DNA of 64,000 bases from Squalus acanthias. Taxonomy: Eukaryota. The notes beneath the pieces were generated by a model, which saw only the letters and a program-made list of their open reading frames with translations, had not been told where the DNA came from and did no database searches. The position numbers and the translations under genes are program-made. The stretch spans positions 108,006,001-108,070,000 of the forward strand of contig CM059432.1 of assembly GCA_030390025.1 (NCBI GenBank). Reading direction: 5' to 3'. This document shows positions 26,301-38,605 of this stretch, one piece after another (positions within the stretch are counted from its first letter, which is position 1; every line of letters begins with the position of its first letter).

Positions 26301-26645
26301 TTTCCTGACAACAGATGTTAGGCTAACTGGTCTATAATTCCCTGGTTTCCCTCTCTCGCCATTCTTAAATAATGGAGTGACCTGCGCAATTTTCCAATCT
26401 AAAGGAACTGTTTCTGAATCTAGAGAACTTTGGAAAATTATAGTTAGGGCATCTGCAATGTGTTCACCTACTTCCTTTAAAACCCTGGGATGGAAACCAT
26501 CTGGTCCTGGGGATTTGTCACTCTTTAGTGCCGTTATTTTCTTCATTACTGTTATTTAACTTACGTTAATTTTATTGAGTCCCTGTCCCTGATTCAATAT
26601 TAGTTTCCTTGGGATTTCCAGCATACTATCCTCTTCCTCCACTGT
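23371..26645 (-). mobile_element. CR1 LINE interrupted by a younger CR1
   Basis: ORFs 26079..26546, 25324..25965 and 23621..23911 with RT motifs GVPQGSVLGP and FADDTK. Confidence 0.92.
23840..25405 (-). mobile_element. Young 5'-truncated CR1 with an uninterrupted RT-to-stop frame (466 aa)
   Basis: ORF 23927..25327 with [29 protein letters not shown] and FADD; (TTCTATG)n tail. Confidence 0.96.
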
Positions 26646-26649
26646 AGGA

Positions 26650-26935
26650 ATCACAGCATCATACAGCATAGAAGAAGGCCATTCAGCCCATTGTGCCTGT
26701 GCCGGCTCTTTGAAAGAGCTATTTAATTAGTCCCACTCCCCTGCTCTTTCCCTATAGCCATGCAAATTTTTCCTTTTCAAGTATGTATCCAATTCCCTTT
26801 TGAAATTTACTGTTGAATCTGCTTCCACCACTCTTTCAGGCAGTGCATTCCAGATCATAACAACTCGCTGCGTACAAAAAATTCTCCTAATTTCCTCTCT
26901 GGTGCTTTTGTCAATGATCTTAAATCTGTGTCCTA
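26650..26935 (-). mobile_element. CR1 3' fragment
   Basis: Reverse complement of the 35585 family 3' end. Confidence 0.7.
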
Positions 26936-27743
26936 GTACTGGTTACAGAGTAAATGTCCCAACTGCCAGTGATGTGGTGAAGGAAGTGGTGGATGGATAA
27001 GGGGCTGGAGTTGAATGAACGCAGAGCTCACGGAGGGTTGTCGGGCTGGAGGAGGTTACAGAGATAGGGAGGGGCAGGGCCATGGAAGGATTTAAACACA
27101 AGGATCAGAAATTTAAGTCGAGGCGTTCGGGGACCAGGAGCCAATGTAGGTCTGCAAGCACAGGGGCGAACGGGATTTGCTGCGAGTTAGGATGCGGGCA
27201 GCAGAGTTTTGAATGGGCTGAAGTTTATGGAGGGTGTAAGATCGATGGCCGGCCAGGAGAGCGCTGGAATAGTCTATTCTAGAGATCTAACTCAGGGATG
27301 AGAGTGCTCCCAATTGAGCCGAGCTGATAACTTGATGGAAATCGAACAGGAACAAGTTATGAGGGAAAGTGTTGATAGTCTGGTAGTTTCTGTAGCTGTC
27401 GACCCCACACTTCAGTGTGGAAGATCTAGCTTTGTTGTGTCCTTTGGGCAATCAGCGATTATCATGGAGATTTTTTTCCCCTGACTCTCATCCATGTGTA
27501 AAAATTGATATACCAGCCATTCAGGAATGGGAAGGTGTGTGTCTGACGGGGCTCTTGTTCTAAGAGCAAGGAACAGTCAGACACGTGTATGATTATCTAT
27601 GTTGGATTGTCACATAAATCGAAGGGGTTGAATCTTGAATGAAAATAATTAAAAAATGGCAACCAATTTAGATATGAAGCAAAAGTTAATTATTGAGCAC
27701 TTGATGAAACAGAAACAGGTGACTGCAGCTCACTACTATTTAC

Positions 27744-27794
27744 CTGTTGAGATAATTCTGGTACAGCAAAGAAGGATCCACAGCATGTCAGGGC
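27744..27794 (-). other. Candidate 51-nt in-frame cassette exon of AMPH (ALTCCGSFFAVPELSQQ)
   Basis: ctacccctttctccttag|G acceptor with an upstream ACTAAG branch-like motif, CAG|gtaaat donor; 17 codons, no stop, phase 0-0; flanks not recognisably repetitive. No homology recognised. Confidence 0.3.
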
Positions 27795-28139
27795 CTAAGG
27801 AGAAAGGGGTAGATAATCTACTTAGTCTAATTAACAAAAGTAGTTGCCTCTGCCAAAACAAATCAACGTCACATCCCAAACATAATCACATCTTTTAATA
27901 GATACATCGGCCTTCCATCTGTATAAACCCTATGCTTAAAGTGCTTCAACATTTGAGGGGGAATTGTCTGTTTTTGTGCAAAGCCTTAGCAACTGGGAGT
28001 GCCTATTGGCAAATCACGCATGCCCAGTTCCAGCTTTTCATCTAATGGATGGAAAATCAGGGGCTGAGTCATTGTGATTCCCTAATGAGTGCCTCGGGGT
28101 GGGCAAGACTTGGCACCAAAAATGCAGAAGCAGACAATT

Positions 28140-28450
28140 AGTCCTTTAAACTGAGACGTTAAATCGAGGTCCCATCTTCCCTCTTGGGTAGATGTAAAAT
28201 ATCCCATTGCACTATTGAAAAAAGAGCAGAGCAGTTCTTCCTGTGTTATCCAACATTTATCCATCAACTAACTACAAAAACAGATTATCTGGTTATTTAC
28301 CTCATTGCTGTTTGTGGGACCTTGCTGAACGCAAATTGGCTGCTGCAATTCCCTACATTACGACAGTGACTACACTTCGAAAGTACTTCATTGGCTGTGA
28401 AGCACTTTGGACCATCCTAAGGTCATGAAAGGCGCTATATAAATGCAATT
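28140..28450 (+). mobile_element. Partial DeuSINE
   Basis: Matches the 3' two-thirds of the 22223 copy. Confidence 0.7.
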
Positions 28451-29487
28451 TTTAAATTTAATAGCCCGTTATGATCATGAACTACATCCAAAAATTCCAT
28501 TATCCTTGTATCATGTGACTACCAGGATGGTAGAAGGCAAACCAGATGGAGATTGGTCTTTTATCATCCAGCAATTCCTATGTTCCAATAGAAATGGTTC
28601 CGAAGGTGACTTGTTCCTGCTGCGAGAAGGTTAACTAGTGCTGTGCGGGAGGGTTTAAAATAATTTGTCTGGGGTAGGGGCACCAGGATAAAGCAGTAGA
28701 GAGAAGATACAAGGCCCACAGAGGACTGGGAGAGACAAACAGCGTTAGAATAAAGAATAGTTCAGAAATAGGAGAGATCAGACAGGGAGGAAATGTGAGG
28801 CAGACTAAGGTGGGTTTAGAGTGCATGTGCGTGGTAAATAAGATTTGTGAGCTACAGGCACAAGTAGCCACATGGGATTATGATATAGTGGCAATAACGG
28901 AGACCTGGCTCAAACAAGGGGAGGAATGGGCACTTAATATTCCTGGCTACAATGTATTCTGGAAAGATTACAGCACTAGAAAGGGATGATGTACTTGAGG
29001 GTTCAATGTCAGAATCTATTTGGTTAGAATTAAGGAAAAATAGAGGAGCTATTACTCTGCTGGGTGTATACTATAGGCCACCAAATAGTGGGAAGGAGAC
29101 AGAGGAGCAAATTTGTAGGCAAATTGCAGAAAGATGAAAGAGTAGTGATATGGGGGACTTCAATAATCCTAATATAGACTGGTAAAATAACAGTGTAAAG
29201 GGCAAAGAGGGAGAGGAATTCCTGAAATGTGTACAAGAGAACTTTCTTGATCAGTGTGTTTCCAGCCCAACAAGAAGGACACAGAACTGGATCTAGTGGA
29301 GCACGTTTCAGTGGTAGAGTATTTGGGAAACAGTGATCACAATATCATTAGGTTTAGAGTAGTTACGGAAAGGACAAGGAAAAATCAAATGTGAAAATAA
29401 TCAACTGGATGAGCTCTAATTTCAGTGAGTTGAAAGGGGATCTGGCCCAGGTGGATTGGAATCAAAGATTGGCAGGTAAAACAGTAA

Positions 29488-30381
29488 AGGGTAGAAATTA
29501 GGTCGCGCCCCATTTGGGGCGCAAATATCGTCTGGACGCAAATATTAGCGCCTGGCGCTAATTATCGGCACTGACTGGAAACTTCACTTTTACCGCCCCG
29601 GGAGGTGAGTGGAGCGCTAAAGCAGGCGCTGCACACCTGTCTTAAGGTGCAAAGGCCAAGGAGTGAGGCGCTAACTCAGAGCGCTGGCGAAGCTCATGTA
29701 ATGTCAGTCAGCAATGGAACACACACACAATGGCACGGGCCAGTTCTTAAAGGGGATGGTTAATCTTGCTTTCCATCCACATCCTGTTCATTGCAGCCTT
29801 GAATCTCGGCCTGGAGAGACTTGCACATCAAATGTGCTGGAAAGAACAATGGAGAGTACCAGGCAAAGAGCTCAGAGTGCAGCTCCCACGGTCTCTGCTA
29901 AATCGATACAAGGAATGGCAAATCAAAATGAACCTGCAAAGTGCTGCTCAGTACCCAAAACTCCTTCACACAACGTTGAATCTCTCCAGAAGTCTCTCCC
30001 TCTCTCTCTCAGAATGCGTAGTTCAAAAATGCCACCAACAATAAAAGACAGGAAGAGGCCCCCTTTAAATAGCGCCCCCCCCCAGCCCCACAGCGATTGA
30101 TAGCGTTCCAGTCTTCTGGTCGTTGGAAGCGCCAGGCGGTAAGGCAGGGGGCACCACTCAATTTCCGCTCCGGGGCGCCACAAGGGCGTTGCACCATGGA
30201 ATGACGTCACAATCTGCGCGCGCAGGTGGTCGTAGCGGTAAGTTTTAGCGCCGCCGCACAATCTCAAGTTAAGTTCTCGAGCGGCGCAAACATCGCTGTG
30301 CCCGGGCGTTAGCGGCTTTGCGCCCCATTAGCGCCCTCTTAAGGCGCTAACGGGAGGCGCAACCAACTGAATTTTCACCCC
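29488..30381. mobile_element. 894-bp Harbinger-type MITE, copy 1
   Basis: TIRs agggtagaaatt / aattttcacccc; TAA TSD; the CR1 host rejoins across it; second copy at 53153. Confidence 0.92.
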
Positions 30382-31067
30382 TAAATATGCAATTGGGAGG
30401 CCTTCAAAGAGGAGATAGTTCGGGTACAGACTCAACACATTCCCATGAGGAGGAAAGGAAGGGAATCCAAAGCTAGAGCTCCCTGGATGACTAAAGATAT
30501 AGGGGGAAAAATTCATCCCCTTAGCGCCTCCCGTTAGCGCCAGTAGATGGCGCGCCAGACCAGTATCGCCAGGGTGAGGTGAATCCAGTGCCACACGCCA
30601 AATCCGGCCCCCCTGTAGCACCGCCGGGAATGTCAACGCCAGGTAGATCATGACATCAGTGAGTGTGCAATGCTCACTGGCCGCCCGATTTGCAAAATTG
30701 ATTCTCGTCACTTACCTCACCGCCTGGAGTAAACACCGACAGGGAGAGGTGATGTGCAACACCAGAAAGCCAGCTCCAGGGACGTTATTTAAAGGGATCA
30801 TCAGTAATTACTTGCAGCTGTCAAATTAGTGCAGTTTCAGTGGTTTTTTGCTAGTTTCACCTACTGCAACAGTTTCATTCAGTAATTTCAAGGTTCTTTT
30901 GTATCAGGAGTCTTCTGGCAACTAAAAAGTAGCTACATTTATTCATCAAAGATTCAAACTGCTACACTTGGTAACATTAATGTGGGCTGTACTGGCACCT
31001 CCCCCTCCAGGATCTATGGTGGAGGGAGCATAGGCAGCGAGAAATAGGGGAACATGCACGCAGAAAG

Positions 31068-31253
31068 ATGAGGAGGGACATCAAGGCTCTCACCAGGAGG
31101 CTTTACCCTCTGAGGGTATTCCGAGAGCACTTCTACTACCTTCAATTAAACAAGGAGCAGTGTAGTAGATGGCTCCGCTTCACCAAGGAGGTGGTCACAG
31201 AACTCTGCCACCTCCTCCAAACAGACCTCCACCCTCACACCAGGATGACTTAA
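31068..31253 (+). pseudogene. Harbinger transposase N-terminal remnant
   Basis: RRLYPLRVFREHFYYLQLNKEQCSRWLRFTKEVVTELCHLLQTDLHP resembles the pre-DDE region of HARBI1-type transposases; no catalytic core follows. Confidence 0.7.
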
Positions 31254-31410
31254 TCCCCAGATCCCCTTTGCTCACCACATCCCCATCATTCCATCCCTCT
31301 CGCAGGCCATATCACAGCACAAAGCTGAAATGAGAGATACCACAAAAGAATGGTAGGTGAAGTAATAAATTTATCAAAAAGTAGTGGACACATATTTACA
31401 ACAAAGATAT

Positions 31411-33307
31411 TTACTTTTCACCCTTGTGCAATCCCTCAGTGCCTGTCGTTACTGTGCCTTTTCCTGCTCTAGTGCTCCTACGAAGTGTTGGCCCAGTGGC
31501 TGCAGCAGGGCTGGTGGAAGGCTGCTGAGTGTCCATGTGGGAGACTTCAGATGGCCTTGCAGGACGTCCTCGACCAGCTCTGGACCTGGAATGCCCGGCT
31601 GTAGACTGCACCAACTCAGCATGGGCGGCAGCAGTCTGGACTGGCTGGATGACAGGCAGCGACAAGGGCAATGGCGGAGTGGCAGTGGTGGGAGCAGGAA
31701 TGCTGTCATCCTGAGAGAGGACAACAGGTTCCTGCTCCACTGACCCACTGCTACTTCCCCGGGACTGCACCTCAGCATCCCTAGCAATCTGTTGGAGCAC
31801 AGATTGCTGGCCTGATGCGACACCGTGAAAGCCCCGGTTGACAGTGATAGACCCAGCCACGATGGCAGCAGTCAGAGCTTGCACGGCATCAAGCTAAGAC
31901 TGCATGACAGCAGTCTGAGATTGAGTGCCACCAAGCATAGACTTCATTACAGCACTAAGACATTGCGTCGCTTCTACCTGTGCTGCAATGGAAGCTGCCA
32001 GATCGTCCATCACACGCGACATCAGGTCTGGGTCGCCACGGTCTCTCTGGGAGTCAACCATCCTTTGCTGACTGGAAATGATGGGCTCCATGGTGTGTGC
32101 AGAGCTTTGTGCAATGTTGGAGGCGGACTCCTCCACGCTCCTTACCATTGCCGACAGGCTCTCGGGCACCCTTGCCATTGCACCTATCATTTCCGTGTGC
32201 ATTCCCATTATCCTTCTTCTAAAGGCCTCCCCATCGAGGTCCTCATCTGAGTCCTGTGCAGGCGAACTCGACCTCTGGGGAGCTGGCCCCCCCAGCTACC
32301 CTTTCCCCCTGGCCTTGCTGCAGCCCACTCGTCCCCGCTGCCTCACCCTGTGCAGATCCTGCTACAATGCTAGCCTCTAAAGAATGTGTAGTGCCATTAT
32401 CTGAGCTGGTGTCTGTGGTTGAGAGATGCAGTGATGCCGTGTGTTCTTCCTCTTCTCCCGCCTCACTCTCTACCGTGCCCTCACAGATAGGCTGCTCAGG
32501 TGCTTGCTGATTATCTGAAAGCATAAAGGCACAAGAGTCGGGTTAAGGTGAGGGGAGGGGGGCAGGAAGGGAGAAATGCATGCATACAGCATGATTAGCT
32601 GGAAAGTGTGAAACGCTTGTGGGGTGAGGGGGAAGTGGGATGTAAGAAGAAGGAGTAGGGATGAACATAACGTTGTTGTCCCCAAGGGGGTCAACATCAC
32701 CGGTGGCCACGGCGCCCACAGCGCCCACCACCTGGCGCCCAATGATTTGCAGCACTCGATTCTCCAGCACAGACAGTGGTTGGGTGTCGGCTTGTCCCCC
32801 GCCTGTGCGCTCCTGCTCCCTCCTGTTGTGAGCCACCTTGGCCTGCAAGAGAAAGGAAAGTGTGTGAGTGAGTGTGGAGCAATGTGTTTGGGTGATGTGC
32901 CTGCCATAGTTCAATAGCTGTCATTGTGTGCGAGGTGTGAGATATGGGTGTGAGTGTTGGTAGGTAGAGATTGTTGGTGGGTGAGTGTTGGGGGTGCTTT
33001 GGGCAGTGTGTGAAGACTGTGGTTCAGATGGTGGTATGTAGCATTTGTTGAAGCATTCACTTATCCTGACCACCCGAGTGAGGTCGTTAAATTTCTGCCT
33101 GCACTGTGTGTGGGTCCTGGGGACAACAGTGCTGCCCGAGACGTGCTGCGCTACCTCCCTCCACATGGTGCTGAAGACTTGTGGTGAGGGCCTCCTGCCA
33201 CTTGTCGGGTAGAGCACCACCCTCCGTCTCTCCACATTGAAAACCAATGCGTCCAATGCTTCATTAGAGAATCTGCTGGCTCTCTCCCTGGGGCGTGAAC
33301 CTGCCAT
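31411..33307 (-). pseudogene. Harbinger Myb/SANT-like (NAIF1/MSANTD-type) gene, 3 exons, disabled
   Basis: Exon 1 MAGSRPRERASRFSNEALDALV..MWREVAQHV..RTHTQCRQKFNDL; exon 2 from cttgcag|32842 AKVAHNRREQERTGGG; exon 3 from tttcag|32514. Donors appear degenerate, with one frameshift and an in-frame stop at 31894. Confidence 0.85.
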
Positions 33308-35584
33308 AGCACACCTGGTTCAGTCCTCCAGCTCCTTCTCCTTCTCCTGATTCTGCTTCTGCTTGATGAGGCAGCTGCACAGCCAGCAATGCTGAGAATG
33401 AGGTGCTGCAGCATCAATGAACCTCCCCTTTAAGTAGTGAAAAAAGCCTGTGGCAATGATGAGTTGCGATTAGACTATACCCGATATTGGTCCACCCTTT
33501 AAGTGTAACGCCAATGGGTTTTAAGACTTGATTTAGGACACCAATCATTTTATTGAGCAGTAAGCACGAATTCTTTGTGCAGTCTAAAGCATTTGCACCT
33601 GGCGCTAATTCTCCAACTTTTCTACTGACACTGCCCATGCCTTGGCTATAACGAATTTCTAGCCCATTGAGATTAAAATGAAACAGAAAAAGGAGGCTTA
33701 TGATAAATGTCGGGTTCATAATTCAGTAGAGAACCAAGCTGAATACAAAAAGTACAGGGGAGAACTGAAAAATGAAATAAGAGGAGCAAAGTGAGTGTAT
33801 AAGAATAGATTAGTGGGTAACCTAAAAGGGAATCCTGCACAGGGGGAGGCAGCAATATGGAATCACATCACTGAGTATACAGCCCACCTGCCGGCAGAAT
33901 AAATCATGAAGAAGAGGTACTACCGGCAACAATTTCTGTTTGGCGCTGCAGGCCATTTGGCTTCCAGAGGTAGGGACTGAAATTGTCCCTTGACCTGGTG
34001 TTCTCTGCCCAGAGACATGTGAGTCGCCTCATTTATGTTACAGCGTCATCTCTGGGAGGAGCAGTAAAGTAAATGTGTTATGGAACAAAATAAAAGAGTG
34101 AACTTACCATCGGCTTCACTTAAAATCCAGGGACCAAAGAGCCTCGGCCTTCCAGAGTACTCCCACAGCAAGTCTAGGCGGGAGTATGGCAAGAGGGCTG
34201 TTAAGTAGGCCTAAACTTGGATATGGTGGGTGCCAGCCTTACGGTCTAGTTTCTGGATGGGTCTCTGCCAACCTCAAGGCAAGGCCATCGTCATTGGGCG
34301 GGGGGTGGAGGTGGGGTGGGGTGGGGTCCTTGTGTATCCTTGGCAGTTGTACGCCACCTGTACCAGTCTCCTCCATGATGGAAGTTGGGGTTCCCTGATA
34401 GTCGAGGCCTAGACCTCGAAAGATTTAAAAGGTGGCAATTTTTTTTATAAAGAGGGTCAAGGTGCTAGAAATTCATCTTTACTTGAGGAGCGGGGTGGGA
34501 GGGGGGGAGCCAGCACCTCCCCCCAGTCCCTGAATCCCACCACTTCCACTGCATTAAGTGGCTTCTCTGGCAGGTGAGTGCCCCATGTGTGCCCCTATGG
34601 ATGTGGGTGCCCATCACTGGAGATGAGAGAACCTCCCCGACCAAGAAAATCGTCTGGGATCGACACATCTTGGCACTCACGCTGGGCTGCTGCTGCTGCG
34701 GATTTTACTATCCCCCTCCCCCCAAGGCTCAGCAGTTCCGATTCCACTACACAATACACCCAGAGCTCATATCCATTAATTCTGACCAGATGTCAAAAAA
34801 AAGTCGTTAGAAGCTGAAAATCGTACAGGGCTATGACAGGAATGCGGCATGCCCAGCCGGTAATAGCAATCGCAAGGAGTACCATCTTGGGAAATCACAG
34901 GCGCGAGGTTGTGGAAAACTGGAAGATTACTCTGCTGTAACTGGACACAGCGCAGACATGAACCGCTTTCAGTCTGAAAATGCACCAAATCAATCCTTGG
35001 TGATACAGCGTTCTAAAGAAAGAATAATCAAAACAACACTCGAAGGAAATGAAGTCTCAACAAGGAATAGAGACTGTGAGCTACCAAATAAGTGTTGTTG
35101 ATAATCCATTCTCACTTCATGCCACTGGGTACGCACAGTCCCAGATGTGCCAGTTCTGCAGCGAAAAGGTGATAATGAGTATTTATTTAATGTACTATAA
35201 ACTGCCCTGTCCATATATTAGCTACGTGATGTTCTTTTGTTAGAAAGTCCTGGAAATAACTCACTCTTTGTGATTTTTCATCTTTGAACTCACTTTTACA
35301 TTATCGAAACGAGTCCTGGGGGATCACAATGACCTCCGCAGGCACCTTCTCTTATTTATCTTGTCTCCTACCGCTATTCCAATCAAAACCTCTTGGAAGT
35401 TGCAGACACAAGATTCCCATATCCATGTGACTGGAAACCCTACCACAGCTGTACTAACCCCACCCCTGCCCAGGTTCTCCGATATCATTAGGTCCTTTCC
35501 ATTAACCGGTGCCACTGATGGCGGCAGTACAAGGTACCTGCTGCCAACAGCACTCCCTCAGTTTAAAAGTGCCCAGAAATCCTA

Positions 35585-35955
35585 AGAGCAGAGGAGGTTA
35601 AGGGAAGATTTAATAGAAGTGTTCAAAATTATGAGGGGATAAATTAGGAGAAACTGTTTCCACTGGCAGGAGGTCAGTAACGAGAAGACACAGATTTAAG
35701 ATAATTGGCAAATTAACCAGAGGGGAGATGGTGAGCAAATATTTTTACACAGCGAGTTGTTATGATATGGAATGTATTGCTTGAAAGAGAAGCAGATTCA
35801 AGAATAACTTTCAAAAAGGAATTGGAAATATATTTGAAAAGGAAAATTTTGCAGGGCTATAGGGAAAGAGCAGGGGAGTGGGACTAATTGATAGCTCTTT
35901 CAAAGAGCCAGCACAGGCACAATGGGCCGAATGGCCTCCTTCTGTGCTGTAAAAT
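35585..35955 (+). mobile_element. CR1 3' fragment
   Basis: RRLREDLIEVFKIM-type coding remnant and gggccgaatggcctcc 3' UTR. Confidence 0.8.
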
Positions 35956-36852
35956 TTAACTAGCACCTCTTTAAAATAAACAGACAAATGATTTTCATTT
36001 CAACTCCTATACTTGTCACTTAGAAAGCTCTCACTGCAATCATAATAGGCTCATGGGGTAGAAATTAGCCTTGGGTAGTAATGCTGAACAGACTATAGCA
36101 AATTGGCAGCCCGTTTTATACCCTGCCCAATCATCTTTTCCGATTCCCTACTGCCTGTTTTGAGTTATTGTCCAAAACAAACTTATATCCCATTAGAACC
36201 AATCAAAAGTTTTGTATCACAAATTGAACGTGAAAGAATGCTCCTGGATTTTCCGCTGTCAAATGCACAATGTTGTGGTGTAAATTGGCTGGGAGTTCAA
36301 TCCCGCTGGAACTCTGCCTGCTTTGAACTTTGATGTATTTTCCAGGGCACAGAACAAGCAGTGGTGGAAGTGCCTGCTTCAATCAGGTAGGTGCTTCATT
36401 ACAACATTAATTTGGGGAGGGGTGTACATCCTGCATTGTCATTTCCTGCTTTTCTGGCGTGTAAGACATCAGGGCCATGAAATTCGATTAAGCCCGAAAA
36501 CGAACGGAGCCACCACGGGCCAAGGTTAACAGCAGCCCACATAAAGACTGCAGGCAGCACTGGTATTTTGGTGCGGCCTGCTGATTTAAATGAGCGCAGT
36601 GCAGAAGCTCCCATGCAGTGCGTTCTTTCCGGCGATAACAGCAGCAGGAGGCCGAAAGTCGGGTCTAAAGGATTGGTGCGGTGTTCTCAGGCTGTCACCT
36701 TATTAACAGTACATTTCCAAGTGAAAGACTGTGGCATAGATGTCCGTAAACCGTTGCATGAGAAATCCTGAGATCCTGAGCGAGGCAGCCGCTACTTTTT
36801 CTTCAAAACCGGCCTTAACGGCCGACGCTAAAGGTTCCAATTTCTAGGCCCA

Positions 36853-38605
36853 GATTTTAAAGGGGGTGCAGGAACAGAGAGACCTAAGGGTGTACATACA
36901 CAAGTCATTGAAGGTGGCAGGACAAGTTGACAAGGCTGTTAAAAAGGCCTATGGGATCCTTGGCTTTATAAACAGAGGCATAGGCCTCGATATTTATGGG
37001 GAGGCGGGGAGGGAGCGGGGCAGGGAACCGTTTTGTGTTTGGGAATCCCAGAAGAACAGGTTTCCCTCAGGTGCTGCTGAATTTAACGGCAGGACCTGTT
37101 TAACATTTTGTGTCTCCATTTCCCGGCCGCAGCTAGCCAGATTGCAAGGCTGCCTGGCTGTTGAGTGGGTAGGCCTTCAGCATCAGGCTGTAGCTGGGGA
37201 GCAGAGAGAAAGGGGAGAGGAACCGGAGGCTGGAGTTGGGGGAGATCGTAGGCCGGTGTCAGGGGAGATCGGAGGCCGGGCGTTGGGGGGTGTGGGGGGG
37301 GGGGGGTGGAGATCAGGAAGGCAGGATGTAAGGGCAGATCGGAAGGGTCCGGGGGGTGGGAGGGGGAGAAGATTGGAATAGTAGGGGAAGAGAGATCGGA
37401 AGGGTTCGGGGGTGGGGAAGCGTGAAGATCAGAAAGGCCGGGGGTGGGGACAGATCAGAAATGTCGGGGGTTGGAGATCAGAAGGGTTGGGGGCGTGGGG
37501 GGGGGGGGGGGAATTGGAGGCCACAGCTGGGGAGCACAGAGGAGAGAGGAAGGGATCAGAAAGTCCTGGGGGGTGGGGGGAGGTCGGAAAGGCCAGGTCG
37601 GTGGGAGATCGTGGCTTCAAGGGACATCGTGGCTCGGAGGGGGGAGATCGCTGGGTGGGTGGGGGAGTGACCGATCGCAGGGAGGGAAGCAGGTTAGCTT
37701 GGTGGACTGGGGGGACGTACTCCTGCTCCCCCTGGCCCACAAGCAGTGCTGGAAAGGTACTTAGCTGCTGGATCAAGCAGTTCTCGCCTCCCTTCATCTG
37801 GCCAGCGTAAAATTTTAAATGGAGTTAAAATCGGATGCTGGCAGTCTCATTAAAATATTTAAATGAGCGACCTGCCTCCTGGGAGCGGGTTGGTTGCCTG
37901 GCCCCCGTCCCGCCTTCATTAAGATATGGGTAGGCATATCTTCGGGTGGGTTCGGCTTGGGTTTGAGACTTTTAACATTTGAACATCCCACCAGACCCAA
38001 ACCCACCCAATTTTGGCAGTTAAAATTCTCCCATAAAGTACAAAATCAAGGAAGTTATGCTAATCCTTTATAAAACACTGGGTAGGCACCAGCTGTAATA
38101 TTGTGACCAATTCTGGACACCACAGTTTAAGAAGAATGTCACGGCCTTGCAGAGTATGCAGAGGAGATTTACTAGAATGGTACCAGGGATGAGACACTTC
38201 AGTTATATGGAGAGACTAGAGAAGCTGGGGTTGTTCTCCTTAGAGCAGAGAAGTTTAAGAGGATATTTGGTAGAGGTGTTCAAAATCATGAAGGGTTTTG
38301 GTAGAGTAAATAAGGAGAAACTGTTTCCAGTGGTAGAAGGGTTGGTAACCAGAAGACACAGATTTAAGGTTATTGACAAAAGAACCAGAGGCGAAGTGAA
38401 GAAACAAAATTTAGGTAGCGAGATGTTAGGATCTGGAATGCGCTGCCTGAAAGGGTGCTGGAAGCAGCTTCAATAGTAAATTTCAAAAGGGAATTGGATA
38501 ATTACTTGAAGGGGAACAATCTGTGGGGAAAAGAGCAGTGTAGTGGGACTAACTGGATAGCTCTTTCACCTCATTCTGTGCCATATCATTCTATGATTCT
38601 ATGAT
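36853..38605 (+). mobile_element. CR1 3' region interrupted by a MITE
   Basis: EQRDLRVYIHKSLKV..AYGILGFINRGI, resuming at 38033 and in ORF 38147; (ATTCTATG)n tail. Confidence 0.88.
36983..38032. mobile_element. Harbinger-type MITE with a very G-rich core
   Basis: ATA duplication at both ends; imperfect TIRs ggcctcgatattta / taaaattctccc; the CR1 host rejoins. Confidence 0.75.

Larger units (their letters stand above)
30502..33665. mobile_element. Harbinger element with a deleted transposase (+) and a convergent three-exon Myb/SANT gene (-)
   Basis: TIRs gggggaaaaattc / gaatttctagccc; ata/att TSD; the CR1 host rejoins. Confidence 0.88.
28630..33835 (+). mobile_element. Degenerate CR1 (endonuclease region) hosting two Harbinger insertions
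   Basis: APE motifs AITETWL, GVYYRPPN, MGDFN, GNSDH; sequence resumes at 30385-30501 and 33666-33835. Confidence 0.85.

Noticed and set aside
29714..30100. Duplicated ORF (also 53379..53738) as a novel gene family
   Set aside because: Both lie inside the 894-bp MITE, and the frames diverge between copies through an indel.
32921..33307. Domesticated host gene NAIF1/MSANTD
   Set aside because: Lies within TIRs and a TSD, is inserted in a CR1, has multicopy relatives and carries disabling changes.
35116..35155. Exon-like segment on the minus strand
   Set aside because: 40 nt, with a TGA in the phase-0 frame required by the upstream exon.
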